This document shows, in pieces, positions 12,812 through 24,680 of a stretch of DNA of 64,000 bases; position 1 is the first letter of the stretch; each line of letters starts with the position of its first letter. The stretch spans positions 1,584,098-1,648,097 of the forward strand of contig BFEA01000018.1 in assembly GCA_003427395.1 (NCBI GenBank), in the 5' to 3' direction. Origin of the DNA: Chara braunii (lineage: Eukaryota; Plantae; Charophyceae). Under the pieces are notes generated by a model. It had not been told where the DNA came from. It saw only the letters and a list, made by a program, of their open reading frames with translations, and did not search any database. Position numbers and translations under genes: made by a program.

Positions 12812-14159
12812 CTGATTCCCCTAAGGGAATCGAACTCTGGTTTGTGTACCAGAAGAGGGGCAGGGGGGATGCCAGCTGCGCTGGCAGAGGCTATTGTGGC
12901 CGTTGGCTTATGCCAACGACATTAAAAAAAAAAAAAAAAAAAACTAAATGCTACAGACGGAGCGCCAGATGGCGCAACGAGACGTGATGGGGACTTGAAG
13001 TCCCCAGAAGGAGCTGCAGGCGCCCGTTTTCACGGGCAGCCTGGCAGGTAAGTTCGTTTCTTTGTTTGTTTATTTTGTTTTGCTTTTCTTTTGGATTTTT
13101 TTCGTTTTTTTTTTAAGATTTCATTTAAGATTTTTCTTTTTTCTTTTTGTCTTATTCTAGAAGATTCCCCTTCCCCTCATTCCCTTTCTTATCGTGGCGT
13201 AGTTGAAGTTGCGCCCGTTCACTTTTGGAAACGGGCTGCAACTTCCAACGACGCGCCCGAACCTGGCGTTGTTGGCAGTCGGGTGTGGGCGCTCGCTGCC
13301 GCAGGGGAAAGAAAACCCTATAGAGCTTGACTCTAAAAAATAAAAATAAAAGGGTTGAGGGCAGTTGCTCATGGGAAAACGAGCAGCCTGTGTTTGAATT
13401 TGGTTGGGGTCGTGGGCTGTATACAGGCACAGGTAGGAAGGGGGGGGGTTGAAAAGGCTGAGAGAGAGAGAGAGAAACGGGAGCGTTGGGAGGAGGAGGG
13501 CCTACTCCTCCCAACACTGACAACTGTCCTCCCCGTTTTCAGGGGAGGGTAGAGGAAGAAGGGAAAAAGGGAAAAAGAAAAAGCCACGACCACGAATGTG
13601 GCCGCGGTTATGATCAGATATAGGCCAAACTGGCCTGAATGTGACTCAGGCCAGAGGCTGGGGAAATGGAGGGTCAGTGACGTGAACTTGGCTGGAAACA
13701 ACCATTTTTCCACTGAACCTGCACTCAGTGTGAGGCTGAGTGCAGGGAAAAGGGAAAAAAAAGAGGGGGGCAGTTGAGTACAACTGCCACCCTAAGTGTG
13801 TGACTGAGGTGAGACAGCCTCAGTCCGTTGATCTGGCTCAGATCAACGGACCCAGGCAAGTGACGAATTTTATCTAGGGGCAGCTGAGGCTGTTGCTGCC
13901 CTTCTCAGCCACTACAAAAGAGGCAGTTGTCCCCCTGCTGCCTCACACTTGCCTCCAACTGACAGTGTGTGACAGCACACTTGCCTCATTGCTGGAGTGT
14001 TTGAGAGGAGGCAGGAGCGCTGCTGGAGGACAGCAAAGGAGCGTCGGACAAGGAGGAGGACAACCACAGCCAAGGCAGGGAGCACTCTGCTCCCCTCCCT
14101 TTTGGCTCGCGCTGGTCCAACGGGGCGGAGCCAAGGACGTTGCGGGACTACGGCGGTAG

Positions 14160-14420
14160 CTCTGGTTTTAACAGCGGTGGTGTGGAAGCGTTGCCGAATT
14201 TTTGTGGTGACAGCCCTGGTTTTAACGACGGTCGTGCGGAAGCCCTGCCGAATTTTTGCGATGGCAGCTTTGGTTTTAACAGCGGTGGTGCGGAAGCGCT
14301 GCCGAATTTGCGCGCGGCGACACTTAATTTTCTTTTGGCGGGGAAGTACTGCAGGATTTGCGACACGGCGGCACTTGATTTTCTTTTGGCAGGGAAATGC
14401 TGCCGGATTGGTGGCGCGAC
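14160..14420 (+). repeat. ~54 bp tandem array containing GGAAGCGCTGCCGAATTT
   Basis: tggttttaac...ggaagcg(t/c)tgccgaattt three times, plus decayed copies. Confidence 0.85.
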
Positions 14421-15380
14421 ACCATTTTTTTAATTTTATTTTATTTTTCCTCTGGTGTGGAAATGTTGTTGGACTAGCGACACGACAACAGGGATTTGCG
14501 GCACGATAGCGGCAAAGTTTTTTTCTTCTTATGGCACGACGTCTATTTTGTTTAATGAGGTTATGCTACTAGAGTTGGAGTGTGCGGTGGCGACAACGTG
14601 ACATGGTGGAAGCTGGCGCGCGCGACACTATGAAATTTGCGTGAGGAGTGAATGTTGGTGGCGTAGGACCATCAGGGACCACGTGGGACCAGTTGGGACA
14701 GACGTGGTGCCAGTTGGGACTATCTTGGAAACAACCTTTTTTTTGGGGACTCGTGGGACTTGACGCCATTGAATCTGGGACTACCGCGTGTGGGACTTGC
14801 GAGTCGGGAACAAATTGGGACAAGCAGTTGGCTTGAGACTGCAATTTTCTTTGGTGACAAGTATATTCTTTCTTGGATTTCTTGAGTGAGCCAGGGCGCG
14901 TTCGACACCACTTCACTGAAGGTCAGTCAGTTGATTGACTCGGATTTCCCTTCACACCAGTGTGAACCCACACTTTGCTTTACCCTGTTTATTGAATGTT
15001 CGTTAAAAAGGCACAGGAAAGTCGTGCATATCGTGCATGTGAATGGAAAGGTCTGACTTGGGCATAGGATTGCACTGATTTTTTTTTTGAACTTGTTGTC
15101 TTTGCGTGTTGTGCAGGTAGGTAGAAGGATACTTGCAAAGGAGATTGATTATGCCTATTTGAGAAAATGGAAAAGGAATGTCTTTTTCTGACTACTCACC
15201 TGCCTCCATGCCATGAAGGGTTGGTTGTTTTGAAAAATGTCAATTTTGTGCGCATCGTAAAACGAATTCGAATCAAATTAAGCAGATAAGGTCAAACGAA
15301 CGTAGTTTTTTTCCAAATATTGACCATTTTTTTCCTAAATGACTTTTATCTGTCTAAATGTTTCTCATTCTCTATCTTTC

Positions 15381-15832
15381 GAGAGAAGGTTAACAACAGT
15401 CGTATTTTTCATCACCACTTCAGGATGCAACCTCCCTAAACAGGTGGTTTTCATGGTCTTCAAACCTTTCACCACTTCAGGACCATTCAAGTCTGAAAAT
15501 CCTGAGTGGTCCTGAAGTGGTGAAAGCTCCGAAGACCCTGAAAACCACCTGTTTAGGCAGTCTGCATCCTCAAGTGATGAAGGGTGGTTTTCACGGTCTT
15601 CAGACCTTTCACCACTTCAGGACCATTCATGATTTTCAGACTGCACAAAACTCTCACTTGACCACTTCAAGACACCCTTCACCACTTCAGGATGCAGCCT
15701 GCCTAAATAGGTGGTTTTCAGGGTCTTCGGACCTTTCACCACTTCAGGACCATTCAGGATTTTCAGACTGCCCAAAACTTTTACTTCATAATTTTCATTC
15801 CTGAATTTTCATCTACCCGATAACCGCTTGTG
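15381..15832. mobile_element. Non-autonomous DNA transposon with 8 bp TSD and asymmetric ends GAGAGAAGGTTAA...TAACCGCTTGTG
   Basis: TSD TATCTTTC at 15373-15380 and 15833-15840; internal accacttcag repeats. Confidence 0.9.
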
Positions 15833-17019
15833 TATCTTTCCTAACTATTTTCGTTCGAGTTACCTTGGGCAAGAGACGAAGGAAACAACTGAAAATCTAC
15901 TTATGGTGAACACATTCTCTTTCTTCAGGAAACATCTGGGGCGGGTGTTCGTTGCTTTAGGAGTCGGCCCTGTTATCGACCCAGAGTGGACCATTCAACG
16001 GGGGGGTACTTTGCCGATTCGGTGAAGATGACCCGACTTCTGAGATCCGAGTCTTGTGCTTGGGCGAGGAGGAGGAGGAGTACCCCATACCACTTCCTAG
16101 AGGGAGAGGCATACAACACCTCAAGCAATGCCCCTGATCAAGAATCATCCGCCAAACAGTGTCATCCAAGAAAATTGAGAAGTGTATGGAGACGGGTATG
16201 TGCGTGTTCAATCTTAAGTCAGCGATAGGATGAAATGAATAACTTTGGCAGCGCATCTCATCGAGTCAAAACTAAGGTTGTCCGACATCCATGTCAGCTG
16301 CAAATTGTTGTCTAAAGCCAACTTCTCGTTGGCGGTTGTATGATTTTTGTGGAGATCGACATGGGGTGGTCGAGTTTTATTTTGATCTTGGGTATCTAAT
16401 GATGATTTTGACTCTTTCGATTATCATTGCAGATGGGATATACATTCCTATCGACTAAGTAACAGTTTCTTTTGGTATAACCATGTGTGATTGTTATAAC
16501 TTTTTTTTGACTCGTGTTGAAAGGGGCAAGGAGGTTTCACGATTGGTTGAGACCATCCTTGTCGACCGGCGTACGGTCCGTACTTAGGAGATCAACGCCC
16601 TAAGGAACGGACGACGTCCAGGTTCAATAGGCGTTTTAATCGCGCGTACCTATACTACAGCGAGCGAGCAAACGCCCTCGGCCGACCCACCTCTGCAATT
16701 GCATGTAAAAGCTTCCGCACGTGGGTCGGTAGCTCAGCAGGGATACGCCCCTAAGGGTTGGTGACAACCCCTTAGGGAAGGCAAGCTTATGCCCCACGGG
16801 AACCTATCCTGTCGTAGGGGACCGCAGGATGTACAGCTGGCGCACCCAGCTAGAACGACGAAGGAACGACGCGACCTCGCACCCGTCTCATCGGTTAGCG
16901 AGATTATTTCGCGTCGTTCCCAAGTTGTCTCTTATGTTATGTTTAAACTCCTGCGTGACATGGTCGGGAGGGCTCCCGCCTCTTTCGCGAGAAAAAGGCG
17001 GGGGCCGATGCGCTCGACA

Positions 17020-17611
17020 ACTCTGCAACTCCTCAGATGGTTCAGAAGTAGATTGTCAACAGGAAGAACCAGCTTCGACCTCAAATGTTCAAGCTGACAC
17101 CTTTCCCAAAACCCTGGGCCTGAGTGACGGTACGGGTATAACGACGATAGAAAAATGAGACTCAATCTTCAAGTATCTAGTATCGATTTTTTATATTCCA
17201 TCGAATCAAGGCCCAATGGTCTTGATCTTCAAAGATGATGAAGGACGCAAATCCTTCCCCGTTACCATCTCCACAGATGACCCCTCAGAACAATCGGTGG
17301 TGGTCACCGCTAAATAGACAGTTCATAATAAGTTCAGAAGCCGACTGATTCCAGACTTGAAACTCACCCGCCACTTACTATTGAACACTACAGGGCGAAA
17401 ACTGACTTTTTTTAATGCTTTCATGGATGCACGGCCCCTGAGCAAGGATCAGCTCAAGGAACTCGACATTTCTTACAACCCCCTGTCTCAACTCGCCAAT
17501 CATGAGAACTCAGGATTGAAGGACATCCATATGATAGATGGGGTGAATGCAACCACCCTCACACGTTGCCTGAGGCAATCCTCTAATAAGAACATCTTGT
17601 TCTCACCGTAA
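17020..17611 (+). pseudogene. LINE ORF1, 3' part resuming after solo LTR C
   Basis: ...EEESDT|LCNSSDGSEV continuity across the LTR; reading frame with scattered stops. Confidence 0.6.
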
Positions 17612-17830
17612 CTGAGCTTCCACACTTAGACTGAACTGGTCATCACCAAAGCCTGGGGCTGCAGACACAGTGGCAAGGCGGAGGAAATCGGACGACCATA
17701 AGGGAGCATCTGATCGGATCCAGCCTGCAACGGGTCGAGTAGGTGCAAATGCGAAATAAATTGTTCTTTGCCACATGAAATATTCATGGTTTATGTAATA
17801 CCAATAACAGAAACAAGAGAGCACGCTGAA

Positions 17831-18559
17831 ACCACCAGTACCCCCAGTGTTGGGAAATTACAATGCCTTGGCCAGTTCCCGAACTTTTCGGGGTGGGACA
17901 CAGGGTCGACAATGTCCCATAAATCTGAATTTTATAGTGAGGGAAAAGGGGGGAAAAAAATGTTTTCTTTACTGCAATGATGGAGGGTTGGGTAATCCAG
18001 GAGGCCGTGCTCACAATCTTTCTCCACATAATGCACCTTACAGGTAAGGCGGTTACATTAATCTGAATGTTACTGTTTTCTTTTTTTTGTTGGTCGTGTG
18101 TTTCTTATAAGTCCCCTGTCAGTGAATTGCTCAAGTTGTCTGTGATCTTCTCAAGCTGTGTTTTGTCAGAGGATTGTAAGTCTCATCACACTGACACTTA
18201 GGGGAATGTATCCAGCCATTTTCACGGCCGGATCCATGTGCCCGTTTTTTTTCCTTTTTATTCTCTTTTTGGAATTTGACAACCTGGCCACGGGGCTGAG
18301 ATGCCCTCATTGAGGGCACACTCATACTACCACTTTCAAGAATGTATACAACTGCAATCACGGTCACAACGTTGTTTCTTTTTTTTTTTTAATTCTTTTC
18401 CGAGGTTCACAGCCGCAACTTTTCTTCTTATTTTTTGTTTTCTTTTTGTTATTTCCGTAAGAGGACCAGAAAGAAAACCGAGTGGTACCCAGGCTCGACA
18501 AAACTCGGAGCGCAGTGAAATTCAGGGTCGACAAAAACAGACTCGGAGGTACTGGTGGT
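17831..18559. mobile_element. TTAA-flanked MITE, TIR ACCACCAGTACC
   Basis: tgaa|accaccagtacc...ggtactggtggt|ttaa; removing it restores the LINE ORF2 frame. Confidence 0.88.
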
Positions 18560-21279
18560 TTAAGGACATGGATGTTTGAAAATGATGTTAAGATCCTCCT
18601 GCTTCAAGAAACTAAACTTAATGAAGAGAAACTTAGTAAGATGAGACAATGGTGGACTGACTTTCAACTGTGGGCCCCAACAATGGGGACCAGAGGTGTC
18701 ACAACCATCCTTTTCCGTCAAGATTTATTGGTAGAGATAATCGACTCAGCCTTTGATGTCTGGGGCCGCTGGTGTTGGGTTAAGATCGAGATTGACTCGG
18801 ACTCAGAGCCATGGACTTTCATGTCACCATACTTGTCGGTCTGCTACAGAGAGTGCTCGCGATTCATTGCAGAACTTCCTAAAATCCTACCGGATACCCA
18901 CAATCTGATCTTGGGGGCAGACTGGAATACCATCTTGAACCCTGGACTTGATTCGCTTGTAGTCAGGTCCTTGAAACGAGACTCATGCCTCTTACACGAA
19001 CTGATTGAGACTAATGACCTGGTTGATGTGTATAGAGCATTAAATCCAGATTCAGCGGGTTACACATGGTTTGGTCCAACGCAAGGGGTTGCATCTGCCC
19101 TGCGGTTGGACTTTGCTCTATTAAGGGGTATCCCTTGGGATAATTGCCTCGACGCTAAAGTCGGAGTTTCACCTTTGTCCGATTACTCCCGAGTTATCTT
19201 CGAGACCCAATTTGGGGGTGACCCAGATAGAGGCCCCGGTCTTTTCATATTAAATGTCACTCACTTAGGAGACCCGTCGTTGATAGAATGGCTAAACAGG
19301 ATTGTCAAGAACTGGGAAAAGACAACAGACCTCTGTGAAACCCCCCAACTCTTGTATGGAGTAATGGAAGCTCAGCAGGAAGCCTGCAACACTTATTCAA
19401 GACCCAAGAACGAGAAACTGAATAGGCAAATCAAACAATGGCATTCCGAGGTGGCACAGGTAGAGAGTCGCCTGGGTGTTCATCCAGTCTCAAACCATTA
19501 CTGGTTGCAGAAGCGGAGTAAAGCCCTAAAAAACTTGAAAATCCATGAAATTAAAACTGAGGAACAACGTAAAGAGTGGTTGCGGATCAACGACGTGACT
19601 CACTGTGATAAAATGACTAAAGAGTCATTCCGAGCTCTAATGAAATCAGTGGCTAAACCTCTTATGAAGGAACTTGAACACCCCTTTTCGCTGACTGCAC
19701 CCATCGCTGAAACATCGGTCCAAATGTGCCAATATGCCAAAGAATACTTCAGCGATATTTTCACCACCCGTCGTCCTTATGACTCCCCAGATACAGATTT
19801 AAGAGATTATTCGAATTATGGAATCTCTCCGATAGACACCTTCCACCGCATGCGGCCCTGGATTTGGACAGACCTCTCACCGTTGAGGAACTCGAAGTGG
19901 CGACATATGCGATGGCCAAGGGCAAAGCCCCAGGCCCGGATGGGCTGCCAATAGAATTCATCATATCCCTCTGGAGATTTTTCGGTCCAACCCTCATGGA
20001 GATCTTCAACAAGGTACTGGAGGGATAACTCCTCCCTAGTTCTATGGTAGCTGGTGTTATTTCTCTACAGTACAAGAAAGGAAGCAAAAAGGATATATGG
20101 AACTGACGATCAATTTCATTACTGAATGCCGCCTATAAGTTATTAGCTAAGGCTATTACACTCAGACTGGCTAACCACCTACCCCTCCTAACCGGCCAGA
20201 AACAAGGAGCTTTCGTGAAAGGACGATCTATCCATGAAAACATTCTCACTACTCTGCAGGCCATTGAAATTATAGTCAAAGACAAAAAGGACATCGCAGT
20301 TATTCTCCTCGACATAGAGAAAACCTACGATAACGTGGGTTGGACTTTCGTCCATGCGATTTGGCCCGAACATTTGCTCCTAGGTGCAAGCAATGTACTC
20401 CAGTGCGACCACGACAGTCATGGTGAATGGCAAAAAATCAAACTCTTTCCGCCTTACCCAGTCGCTTCATCAGGGGTGCCCGTTGACCCCCTTGCTCTTT
20501 GTAGTTCATCTCAAAGTTCTGTTGGATAACTTCAGACACAATCCACATATTTCAATCCTTAGGATTGACAGGGGACTCGAGTGGAAAATAGGAGTTATTG
20601 CAGATGACCTTACAGTTTGCGCGGAAAACGCCCCGTGTGTGCTTGCCGAAGTGCAAAATGTTCTAACTACGTATTGCGAATTATCAGAAGGTTCGGTCAA
20701 TTGGTCCAAATCCTCTTATCTATTGCCCCCCCCTTACCAGTTGTGTGTAGAATAGGGCATGAAATCGATCCCAGGGGACTCGTCCGAACGCTTCTTGGGA
20801 GTCCAAGTATTTCTTACAGACTGCTCAAATTTTCAAGACCAATTACTTGAAGAAAAGGTAATGTCACGCATCGCTAAGTGGAATCGCCCTTGCCTCTCAT
20901 CTCTGTTCGGTAGATCCCTTCTATTAACCGCAACTGATTTCTCAACCCTCTGGTTTTTCTTGGTCGTTCACTTGTTGGGAGACAAGGTCTGCATGGCCAT
21001 CAAAGCCAAGCCGAGGAAGCTTGTGTGGAAACCGACAACATCAGAGGACCAAGGTTACCTGACCAAAGTAGCTCGGGAAGCAGTGACCTTCCCCAAAGAC
21101 GAAGGCGGACTGGGGATTTTGGAACCGAGACGACAAAATTTGGCCCTACTGGCCAGATGGCCAATTCGAGCCCTCTCGGACACTGTGGACAAATTATGGA
21201 CTGCTATGGGCGAATATATCTTGGGTAAAGAATGAAATTTGGGCAATCACGCTGACATTTGGTGGTGTTTCATCCTGGA

Positions 21280-21397
21280 TTTTCAGGGTCTTTGGACCTT
21301 TCACCACTTCAGAACCATTCAGGATTTTCAGACTGCCCAAAACTCCCACTTCAGAATTTTCATTCCTGAATTTTCAGCTACCCGATAACCGCTTGTG
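21280..21397. mobile_element. 3' fragment of the 8-bp-TSD element inside LINE ORF2
   Basis: Near-identical to 15716-15832 and ends ataaccgcttgtg; the 5' part and TSD are missing. Confidence 0.8.
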
Positions 21398-23076
21398 GAC
21401 AGATGGTACTGCCCTTCTGGAGATAACTCGAAGCAGGTATACTACAGACTTATTAAAGGAATTGATCCAAATACTCCCATACTTCAGACCTGGATCACAG
21501 ATTGCGGTGCGACCGATGATCTCCCCCTTCGTTTCGACTCAGAGAGCTCTCCCTCCCAGAGTCTTCTGCTGGAGGAATGCAAAGTTGATCTGAATCCAGA
21601 CCAACATGGAATAACCCACCCAGTAGTCAAATTTAAAGGTACCCCTCTGGCTGAACTCAAACTTGTACCCCTCAAGCTGAACTCCAACTGGATCCCACGA
21701 GGTGGCACTGACTTACTTCGACTCAACAAAGACAGTCTTCGATTCCAATGCATATGTACACATCCAAAATAGGCGCAGAACTTCTCAGAAAACAGTCACC
21801 TAATAGTCCTTTCAAGCTTTTGCCCAAATACAGACAGGAACAAACACTTATCGCATATGGGAAAAACATTCAGGTCAAGCATTGGAAACTACTCAAGGTT
21901 ATGACCTCAGTCAAACTGGGAAGTTTACTGTAGCAACAGGCCATGCTGGTGATTGCCTCCGCTGCGTTTCTGGTGGGTAGAGACATGGATGTCCTTGCAA
22001 GTTGTGTCCGCTGTTAGTGGGCATGAGAAACCAACAGGCATCTCTGGCTGGATTGCCCATTCACAAAACGAATCTGGTCCTGGTGGGGCAAACACTGGTC
22101 GAAGCTTCCCAAGGCATCCTTTGATTGGTCGGACGTGTTCATCCTTTCTGACATCTCTTCAACCGCCAATATGGGCGACTCAAAGGCCTGCTATGTGGCT
22201 CAAACCTTCAGAGGCATTCTGTTGCCAACCATCTGGGGTGAAAGGAACTTGCATGTCTTTCGACAAGAGCGTTATGCAAATGTGCAACTCAAAGCTACAA
22301 TTCGAGCTACATGTTGACAATGCATCTGGGCAGATAGGTTCCTGAGACCAAAAGGCGGATCAAGCAGAAATGAACTGCCTGGTTCTGGAGCACCTGGGGC
22401 ATGAGACAGTGTCTGGTTAAGCCTGGAAACAATGGGAGACGCGTACGTTCCCCGTGGTTAACTCTGAAGTCTTTTCGAACTCTTCTTAACTTCTAAAGCT
22501 GGATATATCTCGCAGGGACAATAGCCCCCCCCCCCTTTTTTTGCACTTGTATGCTTCTTTCACTCTCTCTGCGAGTTGGCCCACAAAAGGAATGTTGGGT
22601 CCGTTTTCCAGTTGGTGATTAAAACAGGTTTAGTTTAAATTGTTAAGTTCAGTAGGACTATGCTCTGCACAGTCTGTAATACTAAGGTAGTCATAAAAAA
22701 CCAACTCTGATATTTTGGCACTTAGATCTTGAATTCTATCAGTGAGGTTAGCAGACCACTCTTTTCGAACCACCTGTTGGCTGAAAGGTCTTAACAGAGG
22801 TAAGGAGTGAAAGACCTTTCTTCAATTTTGTGGTTGTTTTGCTTTCGTTGCAGTTCCAGGGGTTGGTCCCCTTCAGAGCTTCTCCCTATAAGCAAAACTG
22901 GTTAATGCTCCGAGAAGGCTTCGTTTCCGGGTAGACTGTGAGGACCCCGACCTCTGGTTTCTATGATAATATAAGCCTTGGGCACTGAGTATGTGTTTAA
23001 GAAAAAAAATGTGTACCTACCCGTAGCTCGAGGCTCATGAAGGTTCGGGATACTGTAGGCTGAGCGCAGGCCTTAA

Positions 23077-24089
23077 ACCACCAGTACCTCGCCCAACTTG
23101 AAAAAGCCAACACGGTCGTTAACATGCCACGTTGGGCGGGGTACCCACCAACGAACGANNNNNNNNNNNNNNNNNNNNNNNNNNNNNNNNNNNNNNNNNN
23201 NNNNNNNNNNNNNNNNNNNNNNNNNNNNNNNNNNNNNNNNNNNNNNNNNNNNNNNNNNNNNNNNNNNNNNNNNNNNNNNNNNNNNNNNNNNNNNNNNNNN
23301 NNNNNNNNNNNNNNNNNNNNNNNNNNNNNNNNNNNNNNNNNNNNNNNNNNNNNNNNNNNNNNNNNNNNNNNNNNNNNNNNNNNNNNNNNNNNNNNNNNNN
23401 NNNNNNNNNNNNNNNNNNNNNNNNNNNNNNNNNNNNNNNNNNNNNNNNNNNNNNNNNNNNNNNNNNNNNNNNNNNNNNNNNNNNNNNNNNNNNNNNNNNN
23501 NNNNNNNNNNNNNNNNNNNNNNNNNNNNNNNNNNNNNNNNNNNNNNNNNNNNNNNNNNNNNNNNNNNNNNNNNNNNNNNNNNNNNNNNNNNNNNNNNNNN
23601 NNNNNNNNNNNNNNNNNNNNNNNNNNNNNNNNNNNNNNNNNNNNNNNNNNNNNNNNNNNNNNNNNNNNNNNNNNNNNNNNNNNNNNNNNNNNNNNNNNNN
23701 NNNNNNNNNNNNNNNNNNNNNNNNNNNNNNNNNNNNNNNNNNNNNNNNNNNNNNNNNNNNNNNNNNNNNNNNNNNNNNNNNNNNNNNNNNNNNNNNNNNN
23801 NNNNNNNNNNNNNNNNNNNNNNNNNNNNNNNNNNNNNNNNNNNNNNNNNNNNNNNNNNNNNNNNNNNNNNNNNNNNNNNNNNNNNNNNNNNNNNNNNNNN
23901 NNNNNNNNNNNNNNNNNNNNNNNNNNNNNNNNNNNNNNNNNNNNNNNNNNNNNNNNNNNNNNNNNNNNNNNNNNNCTGTGATGTACTACCTGTTGTCTGA
24001 GGCTTGGCAATAAAGTCCGAGGCTCGGGAATCATCGGGCTACCGGTAGTTCGAGCCTCGGACTTGATAGCTGAGCGAGGTACGAATGGT
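23077..24089. mobile_element. TTAA-flanked MITE (same family as 17831) spanning an N gap, inside the end of a related copy (to 24114)
   Basis: ttaa|accaccagtacctcgc ... gcgaggtacgaatggt|ttaa; a second end ggcactggtggt|ttaa at 24114; another left end at 25349. Confidence 0.75.
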
Positions 24090-24123
24090 TTAACAACGGG
24101 TAGGCACTGGTGGTTTAATTACG

Positions 24124-24230
24124 GGCCTCGTTTCTCAATTTATGTGTGCCATCCTTGCACAGGGGCCACGCCATCCTTGCACAGGGGCTATGCTAATCTC
24201 TTCTCCACCGTTCCAATTTTTATGGATGCC
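24124..24230 (-). pseudogene. U6 snRNA pseudogene with an internal ~22 nt duplication
   Basis: The reverse complement matches U6 (ATAAAAATTGGAACG...GATTAGCAT.GCCCCTG.GCAAGGATG.CAC.CATAAATTGAGAAA); gccatccttgcacaggggc occurs twice; no USE seen. Confidence 0.9.
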
Positions 24231-24289
24231 TAAAAAAAAACAAAAAAAACTTATGGGCCTCATATCACCTACTTTTTTTTCTTTTGGGG

Positions 24290-24680
24290 GCGATAAAATT
24301 TTCGATATGCCCCTAAAAGTTTGATTTATTTGCGTCTTGCCCCTCGAATGGCCCACTTAACCTGTCGTGTCCTTAGGGCCTCTGAACTTTCCTGTAGGCC
24401 CCTTTCAGTGAGGGGTGCAAATTTCCAGCATGCCCTTGTGGCCGTTGGTAGCACTCGCGGTCGTTCCCCTGGCCCTGCGAAGGGAACTACCGGGGCATGT
24501 TGAAAATTTGGGACCGGTACCGATAGGGGCATATTGCACATTATTCAGGTTCAAACAATGCCAGAGGTTTTTTGGAAACTTCAATCGTTGTTGGAAAGAC
24601 GTGACAAGATAAGTCGGCCATGAGAGGGGCGCACCAGAAATAAATCAAACTTTCAGGGGCGTATCGAAATTTTCTATTTT
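24290..24680. repeat. ~40 bp inverted repeats flanked by the direct repeat atatcacctacttt (MITE-like)
   Basis: aattttcgatatgcccctaaaagtttgatttattt / aaataaatcaaactttcaggggcgtatcgaaattt. Confidence 0.55.

Larger units (their letters stand above)
11991..17019 (+). mobile_element. Solo LTR C (~5.0 kb) of the giant Gypsy family, inserted in LINE ORF1
   Basis: Starts T(A)TCGG plus the same terminal hairpin as A and B, and ends CGCTCGACA. The last ~450 bp are homologous to the 3' ends of A and D. The TSD is degenerate. Confidence 0.75.
17749..22450 (+). pseudogene. LINE ORF2 (APE endonuclease, reverse transcriptase, zf-RVT)
   Basis: MRNKLFFAT*NIHGL (WNVRGL-type) at 17749 joins LRTW...LLLQETK once the MITE is removed. 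Also GADWN, RLDF, KAPGPDGLP, ISLLNAAYK, LDIEKTYD, QGCPLTPLLF, IADDL and ETNRHLWLDC. Confidence 0.92.
10450..22480 (+). mobile_element. Decayed L1-clade LINE retrotransposon with nested insertions; ends approximate
   Basis: ORF1 with a CCHC knuckle, then ORF2 with APE, RT and zf-RVT in order, broken by stops and frameshifts. Confidence 0.9.

Noticed and set aside
22997-24034. Long ORFs of X, also at 40918-41409
   Set aside because: Assembly N gaps.
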